64,000 nucleotides of DNA, from NCBI GenBank assembly GCA_004431415.1, contig QPMI01000109.1, positions 83,606-147,605 on the forward strand, given 5' to 3'. Below are positions 26,840 to 39,624 of the stretch, in pieces. The notes beneath the pieces were generated by a model, which did not search any database, was not told where the DNA came from, and saw only the letters and a list, made by a program, of their open reading frames with translations. The DNA is from Cyanophora paradoxa CCMP329. Lineage: Eukaryota; Plantae; Glaucophyta. The position numbers and the translations under genes were made by a program. Positions within the stretch are counted from its first letter, which is position 1. Each line of letters starts with the position of its first letter.

Positions 26840-29800
26840 TCAGAAGCGGAGCGCCGCGAGGGCGTTCTTCAGGTCCTCCTCCACCGCCGCCTGCCGCCGG
26901 CGCCCCGTTAGAAAGGAGCGCGCGCTGAAGAGGGCGGGGGCCGGCGCCTTGGTGGCGGGGTCGACGGGGGCGCTCTGGAGGGCCCCCGACGCGCCCTCGA
27001 GGAGCGAGGAGACGGGGGCGCCCTTCCAGGGCGTGCCCCCGGCGCCCGCCCCGCCCTTGCCCCGCCGCTTCCCGCTCGCCGCCGGCTTCTCGCGGCGGGG
27101 GACGGGGGCGGGGCTGGCGAAGCCGTGGGCTTCGGCGGCGGCGGGGTCACGGCGCTCCGGGGGGCGGCGGGCGTGGGCGCGGGCGGCTTCGTCGTCGACG
27201 GCCTCGGCCTCCTTGGAGAAGAGCAGGTCGTGCTCCGACGTCCCGAAGATCCCCAGCGTGGCGAGGAAGGCGAGGTGCGCCTCGAGCTCGGGGCCCGGCG
27301 CGCGCTGGCCGCCGTGCGTGGCGGCGAGCTGCAGCTGCGTCGGGCTCGTCGACGTGTCCTCCAGCTCGAACAGGTTCCTGAGGTTCGCGAACGAGAAGTA
27401 GCGGAACTGGTTCTCCTTCTCCAGCGCCGTCCGGTTCAGCCCCTCCTTGAAGACCTGCCCGCCCGCCGCCCCGCCGCCCCGTCAGCCGCCGCCTCCGCGC
27501 CAGCAGCGGGCGGGGCGGGGCGGGGCGGGCCTGGCGGCGGTAGATCTTCTCCTCGATGGTGTTGCAGGTGAGGAGCCTGCGCCCCGGAGCCGTCAGCGGG
27601 CGAGCACCCCAAAGCAGGCCGGGGAGAGGCGGGCCGGTAGACGACGACGTCGCGGGTCTGGCCGATGCGGTAGGCCCGGTCCACCGCCTGGTTGTCGCAG
27701 CTCGGGTTCCAGCTCGGGTCGACTGCCGCCCCCGCCCCTCGGCGCCCCGGCGGGGGTGGGGGGGCGAGGCGAGGGGGCGGACAGATGATGACGCGGTCGG
27801 CGCCGGTGAGGGTGAAGCCGAGGCCGCCGACCTGCGTGCTCAGCAGGAACGCCGTGATCGACTTGCGCCCGTTGAACCTGCCCCGACCCCGCCTCGGCCC
27901 CGCGCCGGCCAGGGCGGGCGGGGCGGGCGGGCGGGGCACTTGTCGATGAGGCGCTGGCGCTCGGCCGGCTCCTTCACCGAGCCGTCCACCCGCAGCAGCC
28001 GCACCCCCTGGCCCGCCCCCTCAGCGCCCCCGCGAGAGGCGCGGCGCGGGGCGGGGCGGGCGGACGGCGTCGGCGAGGGCGCGGTGGAGGATGTCGAGCA
28101 TGCGCACGTAGCGCGCGAAGACCAGCACCTGCCCCCCGCCCGCCCCGTCAGGGGCGCCTGCTGGCGCGGGGCGGGGCGGGGCGGGGCGGGCCTTGTGGCC
28201 CTCGTCGGCGAGGCGGCGGACGAGCTGCACCGTGAACCGCAGCTTGGCCGACTGCTCCAGGATCACCTGCGCGCGCGCGTCGGCCCCCGTGAGGGGGAAC
28301 GGGGCGAGGAGGGGCCGGCGGGGCGGGCCTCGGCGTCGGCGCTGGTGTCGATCTCGAGGGCCTCCACGAGGTCCGCCGGCGCCTCGCCCCCCTCCTCGTC
28401 CTCGTCCAGGTACCCCTCCGCCGCGTCCGCCCCCTCCTCGGCGGCCGCCTCCGCGCGGCGGCAGGCCTCGTGCAGGGCGGCCTGGCGGCGGCGGCGGGCG
28501 GCGGCGGTCTCCGGGGCGCGCAGGAGCAGGCGCGGGTGGTCGCAGATCTTCTTCATCACCGTCAGCTGCCCCCCGCCGCCCGGCCCGACGGTGAGCTCGA
28601 ACGGAGGAGGCGGGGCGGGCCCTGCGGGACCTTGGGGAGGGCGGAGCGGGTGTCCCCCTCGCCGAGGCGGAGAAGCAGCTGCTCCACCTCCGGCAGCGAG
28701 AGGAACGAGCGGTAGATGCGCTCCTGGTCGGGGGAGAGGGGCAGCCAGATGATCAGGTCGTTCTTCTTCGGGAGCGACGAGCTGCGGCCCCGGCTCGAGG
28801 CGGAGCGAGGGCGGCGAAGATAGGCGGCGCACGGGGCGTTGACGTTCGTCGACGTCGGCGCGCCGGCCTCGGCGGGGGCCCCCTCGCCGTCCGGCCCGCG
28901 GAGGATCTTGACCTGCGTGTGCGGGCGGGCGGGTCAGCGGTGCGGGAGGAGGGCGCGGGGACGGGGCGCGGGCCTTCTCGCGGCGGAGGAAGTGGGGCCG
29001 GATGCGCTCGCGCAGCATGATCGAGCGCTCGTTCCCCAGCGCCTTCTCCCAGCTGCCAAGCCGGCGCCGTGAGGCGCGGCGCGGCGGGGGCGCCCCGCGG
29101 GGCGGCCCCGGCGCACTTGGAGGAGTCGGAGACGCAGGCCCTCTCGATGGGGTTGTTGAACTCGGCGGCGAAGGAGCGGCCGCCGCCGAGCAGCTCCGGC
29201 TGCACCACGCTGAACAGCGCCCTGCGCACGCCCGGTGCGCGTTAGCCGGGGCGGAGGGGCGGTGCGCACGGGGGCGGACCAGAGCTCGCGGAGGTTGTTC
29301 TGGATGGGGGTGCCGGTGAGGAGGACGCGGTGGCGGGCGCGGACGGCCCTGACGCCCTGCGAGCGCGCCGTCGCCGGGTTCTTCAGCAGGTGCGCCTCGT
29401 CGCACGCCACCACGTCCCACTGCCGCCGCGGGCTCAGCGGCGGGGGGAGGCCAGGCGGGGCGGGGCCCGGGGCGGGGGGCGCCTTGATCTTGTGGAGGAG
29501 GGAGGGGTCGCGGGCCTCGGCGAGCTCGTCCTCGTCGGCGTACTCCTCCGAGTCGTTCGTCCAGCGCCCGCCCTTGCCGGCCACGGGCGGCATCGCGAAG
29601 ACGTCGGGGCGCGAGGCGAGCGTCTCGAAGGTCGTGAGGGCGATGCAGGGCTTGCCCGCCCCCGCCGCCACGAGGAGCTCCCGCACGGCCTTCTGGCGCC
29701 CGGGGATGCTGCCCCCGTGGATCTGGAAGACGCGGGCGAGGCGGCACCACTTGCCCGCCTTCTGGCGCCAGTGCTCGAGGAGGGACTTGGGGCAGACGAG

Positions 29801-32204
29801 GAGGACGCAGCGGGCGAGCTGGCGGAAGAAGAGGCCGTGGAGGAAGGAGAGGAGGGTCACCGTCTTGCCCAGGCCCATGTCGTCCCCGAGGAGGGCCCCC
29901 TTGCGCTCCTTGTGCAGCCTGCCGCGCCCCGCGCTCAGCCGGGCTGCGGCAGACCTCGTGCCGGGGCCGGGGCCGGACCCGAAGAGCCAGGCGACGCCCT
30001 CGCGCTGGTAGGGGAAGAGGCGCTCGTGGATCTTGCGCGGGAGGCTGTAGTCCGCCTCCCCCTCCAGCCCCCAGTCCCCGTCCTCGTCCTCCACCCACGT
30101 CCTGCCCCCGCCCCCGCTCGCAGGCGGGAGGGCGAGGCAGGCGGGGGGCGCACTGGTCGATCTTCTCGGTGGCGAAGCCGCCGCCGCCGAACATGACCTC
30201 CTCCGCCTTCGCCGCCTCCTGTCCCTTCTTCTTCCGCGCCTTCTCGCGGCCGCGGCTGGCGTCGGAGTCGGCGCCCGACGACTCGTACTCCTCCTCCTCG
30301 TCCGCCTCGTCCGCCACGAAGCCGCCGTCGCCTGCCGCGGCGTCAGGCCGGCGGGGGGCGAAGGGACCGGCGAGGGGCGGCGGCGCACCCGAGCCGGCGT
30401 CGCTGCCGCTCTCAGCGACATAATCCTCGTCCTCGTCCTCGGCGCTGGCGCCGCGGCGCACGCGGGCGGCGGCGGCCTCCACCGCGCGTTCCTCGTCGCT
30501 GTCCTCCGCGTCGCACTGCCGTGCAGCGATCGACGAGAGCGCGGGCGGGAAAGATGGGAGCCGGGGCCGGCGGGGCGGGCGCACGTTGGCGGCAATCTGG
30601 TCCGCGAGGCACGGGGCGGGGCGGCTGCGGGGGGCGGGTTCGGGGGCACGCCGGACGCCGCCGGCGCGCTGCTGGGCGCGGTGCTGCGCGATGGCCTCCA
30701 GGCCGCCGCGCGGCGCCGGCCCCCGCCGCTCCTGCCTCACCGGGCCCGCCTCCTCCTCCTCCTCGGCGCTCTCGCTCGCGTACGCGGCCGCCGGCGCGGG
30801 CGCGGGGCGGCCGCCCTCCGCCTCCGCCTCGGGCTCGGACTCGTCGTCCTGGTCGGAGGCGGCGCCGGGGTCGACCGCCGGCTCCCGCATCTCCCGCGCC
30901 GCCCGCGCCTCCCGCTCCGCCAGCGCCGCCGCCCGCCGGTCGTGCACCTGCCCGCCCCCGCCGCCCCCGTCGGCCCCGCCCCGCGCCGTGCCGCGCCGGA
31001 AAGAGGACGGCCGCACCATCTCGAAGTCGCCGAGGCAGACGGGGCCTGGAAAAGGAAGGGCGTGAGCGGGCTCGCGGGGAGAAGGAAGGGCGTCGCTCAC
31101 AGGACCACTCCTCGCAGTCGGGGACGGCCTCCAAGTCGATGCACTCGAGGTGGTACGAGCGCGGGCAGCTGTCGCACATCAGGATCTCCCCTGCGCGCGC
31201 GTCGGAACCGGGTCCAGCGCGAAGGAGACAAAGAGGGAGAGCCGCGGCAGCGCGCACCGCCCCGGTCGCACACGGAGCACTCCTCGTCGTTCTGCATCTG
31301 CTTCTCCGGCGAGGATTCGGAATCGTCGTCGTCTGAATCGACGACGATGACGCCCTGAACAGCCCCCGGCCCCGAGGCCGGCTCCCTCTTCACGGCAGCG
31401 GGCTTTACGGGGTTGGGCGCCGGCGAGGCGCGGGCCGCCATAGCGGGCCGGCCGCCCCCGATCGGCTCACCATCGCTCTCTTCATCGAGCTGGATGGACA
31501 GTCAGCGCGAGAGATCGCACGTGCGCAGTAGGCGCGCACGGTGGCTGCGAGCTGGTCGGCAAGGCTACGAGGGGCGGAGTCGGACGCAGCCGTTGCGGCC
31601 GGCACGGCGTCGCCGGCCGTGTTGAGCTCCGGAGGAGTGCCATACTCTTCCTCGTCGCTGGCGGCCAGGCCAAGCTGCACGAGGTGGTCAGGATGGCGGA
31701 AATGACCGTTCGCGCGGGTCGTTGCCTCGGCAGCAAAGTCGTCCGCGAGGGATTTCCATGCCGAAGCGGGCTCTTCGATATCTTCCGGGCCTACGAGAGG
31801 CACGGGACGTGCAGGTGTCTGCGTGGGTGCTGCCGGTTGGCTGACCGCGGGGAGCGCCGCCTGATCGAAAGTAAGGCGGGAGGACGAGGCAGAGAAGAGA
31901 ACTTGCACACAGCCAAGCTCGCGAAGCTGAAGACGGTGGGCGTGTCATCGGCCGCTGAAGAAGCGATCTGGGGCGCAGGAAGCTGCGGAGTGGGTGCGTC
32001 GTCTTCGTCGTCGCTAACGACCACACGGCGGGCCCTGACGCGCGCATCGGACTTCGAGGTTCACTTAAGGCGCTGTGCGCGACTCGGCGGCTCTGCAGGC
32101 GCGCCGGGGAAGTCGCACCTGCGGTTCTTGCGCACGCCGACCTCCTCCTCGTCGCTGTCGTCGACGCGGTTGAGCCCGACCGCTAAGTTTTCCTTACCAG
32201 CCAT
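26840..32204 (-). CDS. ERCC6L: SNF2-family ATPase, ERCC6L/PICH-like, with an N-terminal PHD finger
   Basis: [96 protein letters not shown]; PHD CSVC...[15 protein letters not shown]...WSCPVC. Confidence 0.88.
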
Positions 32205-32544
32205 CTGCTGGTCTAGATTCGCTTCCCGGCGGACCAGGCCGTTCACTTAAGTTTGGCTGTACCCGGGAAGCCAGCTTTGACCTTCGCGGTCCTCCTTCGC
32301 GCACCGCGCACGATTCGGTGTGCGGAGACGACCTCCTACAGCTCGAAAAACCCGCGGCACAGCGCCGGGTGCGAGGATGCGCCGGGAGAAAGCGCGGCGC
32401 GCCGCGTACGCGTCGCTGACATCCTTCGCATCGCTCAGCGTCGCCTGGTTTGCGGGTTGCTTTGGGTGCAAGGGAGCGCGAGGTGCGCCTCAAGCCGCAA
32501 GCCCTAACAGTGCTCCTCTTGATCGTCCGCCATTCGCAGCAACC

Positions 32545-34449
32545 ATGGAGCCAGATCGAGAGGCGCCGGCGAAGCGTGCCAGGACGGACGGGTCCGATGT
32601 CGCCGAGAGCCCGATCGACACGCTTCCGAACGCGCTGTTGGAGCGCATCTTCGCGGAGCACTTCAGCGCGGCGGAGGCGTGGCTGACGGCGCGGGGGGCG
32701 TGCCGCAAGTTGCGGCAGCTTGTGGAGGCGATCGAATGGCGCGAGCTGAAGGCGCGGGGGACGCGGGCGGCAGCGTTCGAGACGCTCTCGGCGGTCGTTC
32801 GTGGCGGGCGGCTGCGGCTGAGCGGCGGAGGGTCTGCATCGGTGGAGCTGGAGATCGAATATCGGGATTTAGTTGATTTCGACGACGCCAGCGGCAGCGC
32901 CAGCAGTGCACAGGATCCGGATCTGGAGAGAGGGCTGCATGCGCAGCTGCTATCCGAGGTCGAGATCAACGCACTAGGACGGGCGGCGTGCGAAGCGCTT
33001 CGGGCGTGCACGCAGGCGGCTGGAGCGCTGCACCACGTCGGCGTGAACTACCGCATGTCCGCCTTGGACAGCATCCTGTTGCGCTTTGAACGCCAGCGCC
33101 GGAAGGCGATCGGCCGCGAGATCATTTCTTCTCAGATTATCGGCACTCTGTTTGCGCTGCGGCCCCCACTCTCGGCATCAAGCAGCCTGCTCAGCCTCAG
33201 CATCCGGCAAGAGCCAGCCCATCCCGAGGATGATGATCATCATGAAGAGGAGGAGCGGCGGGACGTCGGATCCGATTCAGGGCTGAAAGCCCTCCCGAAC
33301 AAGTTCGACGTCAGTGCGGAAGCCTTCTTGTATGCGCTGGCCCCCTTTTCTGGTCTTCGGTCGCTCGTCCTCCCGAGCTGGGTGTGCTTCGACCGCGAGC
33401 AGCTCGGAGCGGTTGCGGGCTCGTGCCCCGACCTGCGGCGCCTCCACGTCCGTCTCCAGTACGACAGCGCTCTTCTCGGCTTGGCGCCGCTGTCGAAGGT
33501 GCCCTCGAGCTCGCCCTAAACATAGCTACATCTACACCGCACGACTCGACCACGTGCACGCTTCCGAGGCTCGCATTCATTTTCGTCGCAGCTCGAGGAG
33601 CTTCGCTGGTGGGAGAGCCAGCTCGTTCTTGGGGGTTCCTTCGTCGAATTCGCCACCACACCTGCAGGCCGGCATCTGCGAGACGTGGGGCATGCACACA
33701 TGTTCGAGTGCGTACTTTCATTATAGCTATAGCTAGCTATTCTCACCGATGTCGTTAAAGAGTTACCTGTATAGCTAACTCTTGCGATCGATCAGCGACT
33801 TCCTTTGCAAAGTATCACAGCCGATCGAGCTGCCGGCGTTGCTGGGGCTGGCGGCCATGGAGAGCCTGGAGCGCATGGTGTTCGGCGCGGGTCTCAACGC
33901 CCAATTCTTGCGCCTGCATCCGCCGCAAGAGACGCGAGAGGCCGTGGCGGCCATCGGCGCCTGCAGGAAGCTGGTGGAGCTCTCGTTTGCCTGCTGTCCA
34001 GGCTACGATGGCGCCGGGGCTGGGATCGTGCACGGCCTCGCGGACGCCATCGAGCGCTCGAAGAGCCTTCGCCACCTTGACCTCTGGATCCGTGCGCCCC
34101 GAGAATGGTTACGGAGAACTAAACATAGAGTGTGCCAATTCGCTTGTTGCTGTTTTGAGCCGCTCCCGCAGTCCTGCTGGAGGACGAAGCCTCAGCGGCT
34201 GAGGGCTGGGCCCCTTCTGAGGAGGCTCTGCTGCGACTCGTGGCTGCCGCCGCCCCCGTCCTCCGTTCGGCGACCGTCATCTATTGGCAGAACAGCCCTG
34301 AGCAGCAGACGCGCCTGTGGAGCTGCCTGCGGGCAGCGGGGCCCCTCGGGGAAGAGCTCGCGGGGCCAGCCGACCACGGCCTTAAAGTGGAGTGGCGCCG
34401 CGCGGAGAGCACCGTCCTTGCCGCCGCCTCACAGGTGCAGCTGCAATGA
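32545..34449 (+). CDS. F-box protein with LRR-like C-terminus
   Basis: IDTLPNALLERIF...ARGACRKLRQLV; LRSLVLP, CPDLRRLHV, SLRHLDL. Confidence 0.75.
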
Positions 34450-34984
34450 GGGCCGCGGCGCGGGGTCGTACGTATACGTATACGTTGGTGCGCCATGTAT
34501 CATAGTATCAAGGGTACCTCGAGCGCGGGCCCTGTAAATGTACTTGTTCGAATTCGTACAATTTAAATATCCGATGATCGATATCCGGCCGCGATGCGCG
34601 GCGGCCGGCACGTACGCATAGGCGTGCCTTGGTTCCAAGGATTCTTTTTCCCCGTCGACGTCCCCGGCCCGCGCCCCGATGCAGGATGCATATGCAACCG
34701 CATGCGCAAGCCGGTTGTAAAACTGTATTTTCATCTCTCACATCTGCGTCCCAGAATGCACAACTGCGAGGCACCAAAACCCGTAATTTCTACCTGCCAA
34801 TATCGATCGAAAGACTGACTGAACTGTAAGGAATGGAGAATCGAACGGACTGCACTACGCAACAAGAAGCCGCCCCACGAACGGAGCCTACACACTGAAG
34901 GGGCCGAGCGAACTAAGGGAGAAGAGGGAGGAGGCGGGGTCGGGAGGGGGGGCCGCGGGAAGCGGCGCGGGGCCGCGCGCGGGC

Positions 34985-37661
34985 TTAGTCGAAGGTCATC
35001 TTCGAGCCCTTGAACTCCTGGACGGTGCCGTCGCGCTTGCCCTTGGACATCGGCGCGCCACCCCGGCCGCCGCCGCGGCCGCGGCCGCCACGCCCGCCGC
35101 GGTCGCCGAAACCGCCGCGCCCGCGCCCGCCGCGCCCGCCGCGGTCACCGAAGCCGCCGCGGCCGCGGCCGCCGAAGCCGCCGCGCCCGCCGCGGTCGCC
35201 GCCGGAGAAGCGGCCGCCGCCGCGGCCGAAGCGGACGCCGCCGCGGCCGCCGCGGTCGCCGCCGGAGCTGCGGCCGCCGCCGGCGTAGTCGACGCGGACG
35301 GGCCGGCCGTCGAAGTCCTGCTCCGCGAGGGCCACGGCCTTGTCCGCCGCGTCCTCCTCCTCGAAGTCAACGAATCCCATACTGCGCGCCGGACGGTCGG
35401 CGGCCGCGCCGCGCGGTCGGGACGGGGCGGGGCGCGCGAACCCCTTCGGCTTGCCCATGTCGTTGAGGAGGAGGCGGACGTTGGAGACGGTGCCGCACTC
35501 GGAGAAGAACTCGCCGACGCTCTCCTCGGTCGCCGACCACGGCAGGTTCCCCACGTACACCGACTTGCACCCGGGCGGCTTCTCCGACGGGCCCCGCGCT
35601 GCACGCAGAGGAGCGCGTCAGCCACCGCGGGCGACGAGAGCGGCCCGGGGCGGGGTGGGGCGAGAGATTGGAGAGGCGGCAGGCGGGGGAATCAGCGTAG
35701 AAGTTTGAATCATATAGATCATGCCAAATTTCTGCATAATTATAACGGCATCATTTTGCCCGCGCGGCGGCGCCCCGCTAGCCCCGGGCCCGAGAGGCGA
35801 CGCGGAGGACGCACAGGGGCGGCCTTCGCTGCCAGCGCCGGACTGCCGGGGCGGGCGCGCCATCTCGATCTTGAGCGAGCGGCCCATGTGCTCCGCCCCG
35901 TTCATCTCGAGCGCCTGCCCGCCGTCCGCGTAAGAAGCCGACAGAAATGAAAAGGATCGCGAAGGGAGCGGAGCCGCGGCGGACCTTCTGCGCCTGCTCC
36001 GCAGTCTCGAATTGGACGTGGCACGCGCCGCGGGGCTTGCCGGTGTCCTGGAACCGCGCAATGCGCACCTCCCTGCGCACGGCCATCAGCAAAAGCGGCC
36101 GGCCGCAATCGGGCAGGGCGGGGGCGAGGCAGGGGCGCACTGGATGCCCTCGCACTCGTTCTCCTCGAAGAAGGACTTAACGGCGTCCTCGTCGGCGTCG
36201 TAGCTCAGGCCGGTGACGTACACGGTGCTCTCCGCCCCGCCCTCGCCGTCGCCGCGCTGCTTCTTCGCCGCCGGGCCGCTCGCGTCGTCCGCCTTGCGCT
36301 TCTGACCGCCCTTGGGCGCCTCGTCGTCCTCCTCCTCGTCCTCGTCCTCGTCCTCCTCCTCGTCATCGTCCGCCTTCTTGGCGGGCGCGGCCGCGGGCTT
36401 CGCCTTCTTCGCCGCCGGCTGCAGGCGGGGATTAAAACCGGAAAAAAGAAAGGGGCGAGCAGGTTGAAGCTCACCTCCTCGTCGCTGTCCTCCTCATCGT
36501 CCGACTCGTCCTTCTTGGCGGCGGGCTTGGCGGCCGGCTTAGCGGCCGGAGGGGCGGGCTTCTTGATCACGGGCTTCTGCACAGTGGGCCGTCATGGCGC
36601 TGGGCTGCGAAAAGAAAGAAAGCGGGACAGCCGAACCTCATCCTCGTCGCTCTCCTCATCCGACTCGTCCTTCTTCGCGGCAGGCTTAGCCGCGGGCTTG
36701 GCCGCCGGCTTGGCTGCGGCCGCGGCCGCGGGCTTCTTGGGTGCGGGCTTCTCGTCTTCCGAAGACTCCTCGTCGGACGACTCCTTCTTGGCAGCGGGCT
36801 TGGCGGCGGGCTTGGCCGGAGCAGCCTTGGCCGCGGGCTTCTTAGGCGCGGGCTTCTCGTCCTCCGACTCCTCGTCTGACGACTCCTTCTTGGCGGCGGG
36901 CTTGGCAGCGGGCTTGGCCGGGGCAGCCTTGGCGGCGGGAGCCGCGGGCTTCTTCGGGGCCGGCTTCTCCTGCGAAGATGACGTACGTTAGCTAGAAGAA
37001 TGACTCGCGCGTGCATAATGCGCGTACGCGCTAGGCGATCTAGCCTGCGTTCTTTGATCGCTGAATCGAAGTCACAGGGACAACTTGCTAGCAAGCGCGC
37101 GTCACTAAGGACGTATACGCGCGAATCGCACCTCCTCGGAATCCTCGTCCGACGACTCCGCCTTCTTAGCCGCGGGCTTGGCAGCGGGCTTGGCCGGAGC
37201 AGCCTTGGCAGCCGCAGCCGCGGGCTTCTTGGGGGCGGGCTTCTCGTCCTCCGAAGACTCCTCGGAAGACTCCTCCTTCTTGGCCGGCGCAGCCTTGCCC
37301 TGCTCACAGTTCGTGAGTGATCCGCGTGATCGCGATCCGCATCACGCGAAGATGGTCGCGCAGAGGCTAGGGCGGGCGTACGTTATGCATACGCGCACGC
37401 GGGAGCTAGGAGAGACTCGAGAAATATAGCGGGGACACGGGGATCGCGAGGGGGGACTGACCTTCGCGGGCGCGGCCTTCGCGGCGCCCTTGGCGGGGGC
37501 GATCACCTTGGGCTCCTCCTCAGACGAATCGTCATCGGAAGACTCCTGCTTCTTCTTCGGGGCCGGCTTAGCGGCGGGCTTGGCTGCGGGCTGCGCTCAC
37601 GCCGTCATCGCCCGCTCGCGAGCGCACAGGCGGTACGTCATGTTCAAATCACCTTCGCCAT
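34985..37661 (-). CDS. NCL: Nucleolin-like protein (Nsr1/Gar2 type)
   Basis: MAK start, alternating Lys/Ala/Pro and acidic-Ser repeats, two RRMs (TVYVTGLSY...GACHVQF; SVYVGNLPW...GFVDF), C-terminal RGG/GAR tail ending KMTFD. Confidence 0.92.
35688..35758 (-). ncRNA. Candidate intronic box C/D snoRNA
   Basis: AT-rich island in an unusually long nucleolin intron, on the host-gene strand: box C-like ATGATGC (35748-35754), box D CTGA (35692-35695), internal CAGA and ATGAT as possible D'/C'. Confidence 0.55.
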
Positions 37662-37886
37662 GGGTGCGGATGGGACGATCGCGGGCTGAAGTCGACAGGC
37701 GACGAGAGAGACGAACTTGTTTTGGTCGAACCGGCGACTGGGTACGCTGGCGAACGATCGGCGGGGTACGTGGCTCAGTCCGGCTGGGGTCAGCGGGGGT
37801 CAGCTGCAGCCCGCCGTTCGCGCCGCATCCTCTCGTCACCTGGCGCTCGCCTGCGGCGACCCCGCGCAACTGCGGCGACTCCGCAC

Positions 37887-38072
37887 ATGGAAGACGACGA
37901 CTCGCACCTGGCACACCTCTGCGTGGCCGGCCTGTGCGTCTTCGCTTCCCTGCTCGTCGGCATTGGCGTGGCCTGGCGGCGCTACGCGCCCTTCATCCGG
38001 CTTATCCACGCGCACTCGCCGGAATCTGCGGGTGAAGCAGCGCCTTCGCTGCCCTGCCGTAGCGCGAGCTGA
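37887..38072 (+). CDS. Small hypothetical single-TM protein (possibly the first exon of a longer gene)
   Basis: MEDDDSHLAHLCVAGLCVFASLLVGIGVAWRRY: TM followed by basic residues; divergent from nucleolin. Confidence 0.35.
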   Translation: MEDDDSHLAHLCVAGLCVFASLLVGIGVAWRRYAPFIRLIHAHSPESAGEAAPSLPCRSAS

Positions 38073-39624
38073 ACATTCCGTGCAGGACTTTTCATGCTCT
38101 CGCCGGACAGTCTGAAAACGCAGAGCGCATTGGACGCCAAGTCGAAATGATCGGCTCGCATCGGGCGGGTTCCTGATCATGAGCCGTGCGCGAATTCGAG
38201 GCAAGCCGCTCCGATCAATTGCTGTGCGTGCCTGCACTGTCATTCGCTTACGATAGTTGACGAAGATCGCAGGATCATGATCAAAATGCGATGCCTGCTT
38301 GCGCGCGCAACGGCCGCGGGCCGGCCGAATGCGCTTAAAGCCGCAACGTCAATGGAGCTCATCCCGAAGCGCCTGCAGCTTAGCAGTGCCACCTGAAGGT
38401 GGCAAGCCACTCCATCGTAAAGCCGCAGCAGCTGCGTCGCAGCTAGCAGCGCCGCTCCAGCATTTTGCAGTGCGGCTCACTGCAAGTCTTCTCGACTTTA
38501 GCTGCGACTAATATTAATGCGTGTCTACTCCGATCGTCGAAGACCGCGACTAATTCAGTGTGCGCTGTACACTACTTGCAGGGAGTGCGCTTGTTGACGC
38601 AATTGCAATCAATGATATCGATGCTTTCAGTTGTACATGAAAACCTTCTCTTAATTCTCGGGCCTTCTGCGACTTGGGCTGACCGCCTGGGAGCTCTCCA
38701 CGGCGGGGTCGTGTAGGCTAGAGGAGATTCTTAAATACAGGAGGAGCGAGTGCCGCGCCGCACTTCTAGCTCTTCTGCATCCCCGGAGCGAGGACCTCCT
38801 CGTCTGGCGCCAGGATCAGCTATCGAGAGAACGGCGACCGCATGCGCAGGAGGCGCGCGCACTTCGCAGGATGACCCACACGTGCGAGTCGTCCTTTAAC
38901 CTCGCGTTGACAACTTCGTTCATGTCCAGCAGCGTCCTGCACTGTGCGTTCAGCGGGTCCACGCAGAACTACGAAGGCAGGCACCCGTCCTCAAGAGCGA
39001 TGGCCTTTGGCACGCCTGAGACGCGCGGATCAGACGACAGCTAGCGGAGAGGGAGAGCCTCAGGGCCCAAGCGCACCAAGCTCAACGCCGCTGTGCTGAT
39101 CGTACCTCGCAATGCCCACGTTTCCAAGCCATCGGATGCGCTGCTGTCCCTCCGCGCACTGAACCTGCGAGCACATGTTCGAGCGCAAGAGGGTCGTCGA
39201 CGTCAGCAGTGCGCGAGGTCGGGACTTCCGAGATCCTCGACGAGTTTAGCTAGCCGGCCAAGTTGGACAGTGAGCTGGCGCACCGGGATAGTCTTTTCTC
39301 TAACGTGCACGAAGATCCGCATAGCTAACAATGCAGTGCTTTGACGGAGGGGCGGTGGAGAGGGTCCTGGTGGCAAGCTCGCCTGGCTGGCAACGGAAGT
39401 TACAAATGCACCAGTTCACTTTTGCGAGGCGTATATACGCTCGTTGGTGGCGTGCGCTGCTTCCAGAGGAAGAAGTCTCCCTCTTCCAAAATTCGATGGC
39501 TGTACCCGCCAACGCCAGCAGCCGCTGAGCAGCGGCTGAGCAGCCGCTGAGCAGCGAACGCGAGCAGCCGCAGCGGCACGCGCTGCAGGCACTTCTTTGA
39601 ACTCTTTAGGTAGCCGGCCTCTCC

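Noticed and set aside
36300-37600. Tandem repeats
   Set aside because: They are the coding acidic/basic repeats of nucleolin.
38250-39600. Possible gene between the small TM ORF and the carboxylesterase
   Set aside because: Only short ORFs; I could not build a consistent exon chain or recognise a motif.
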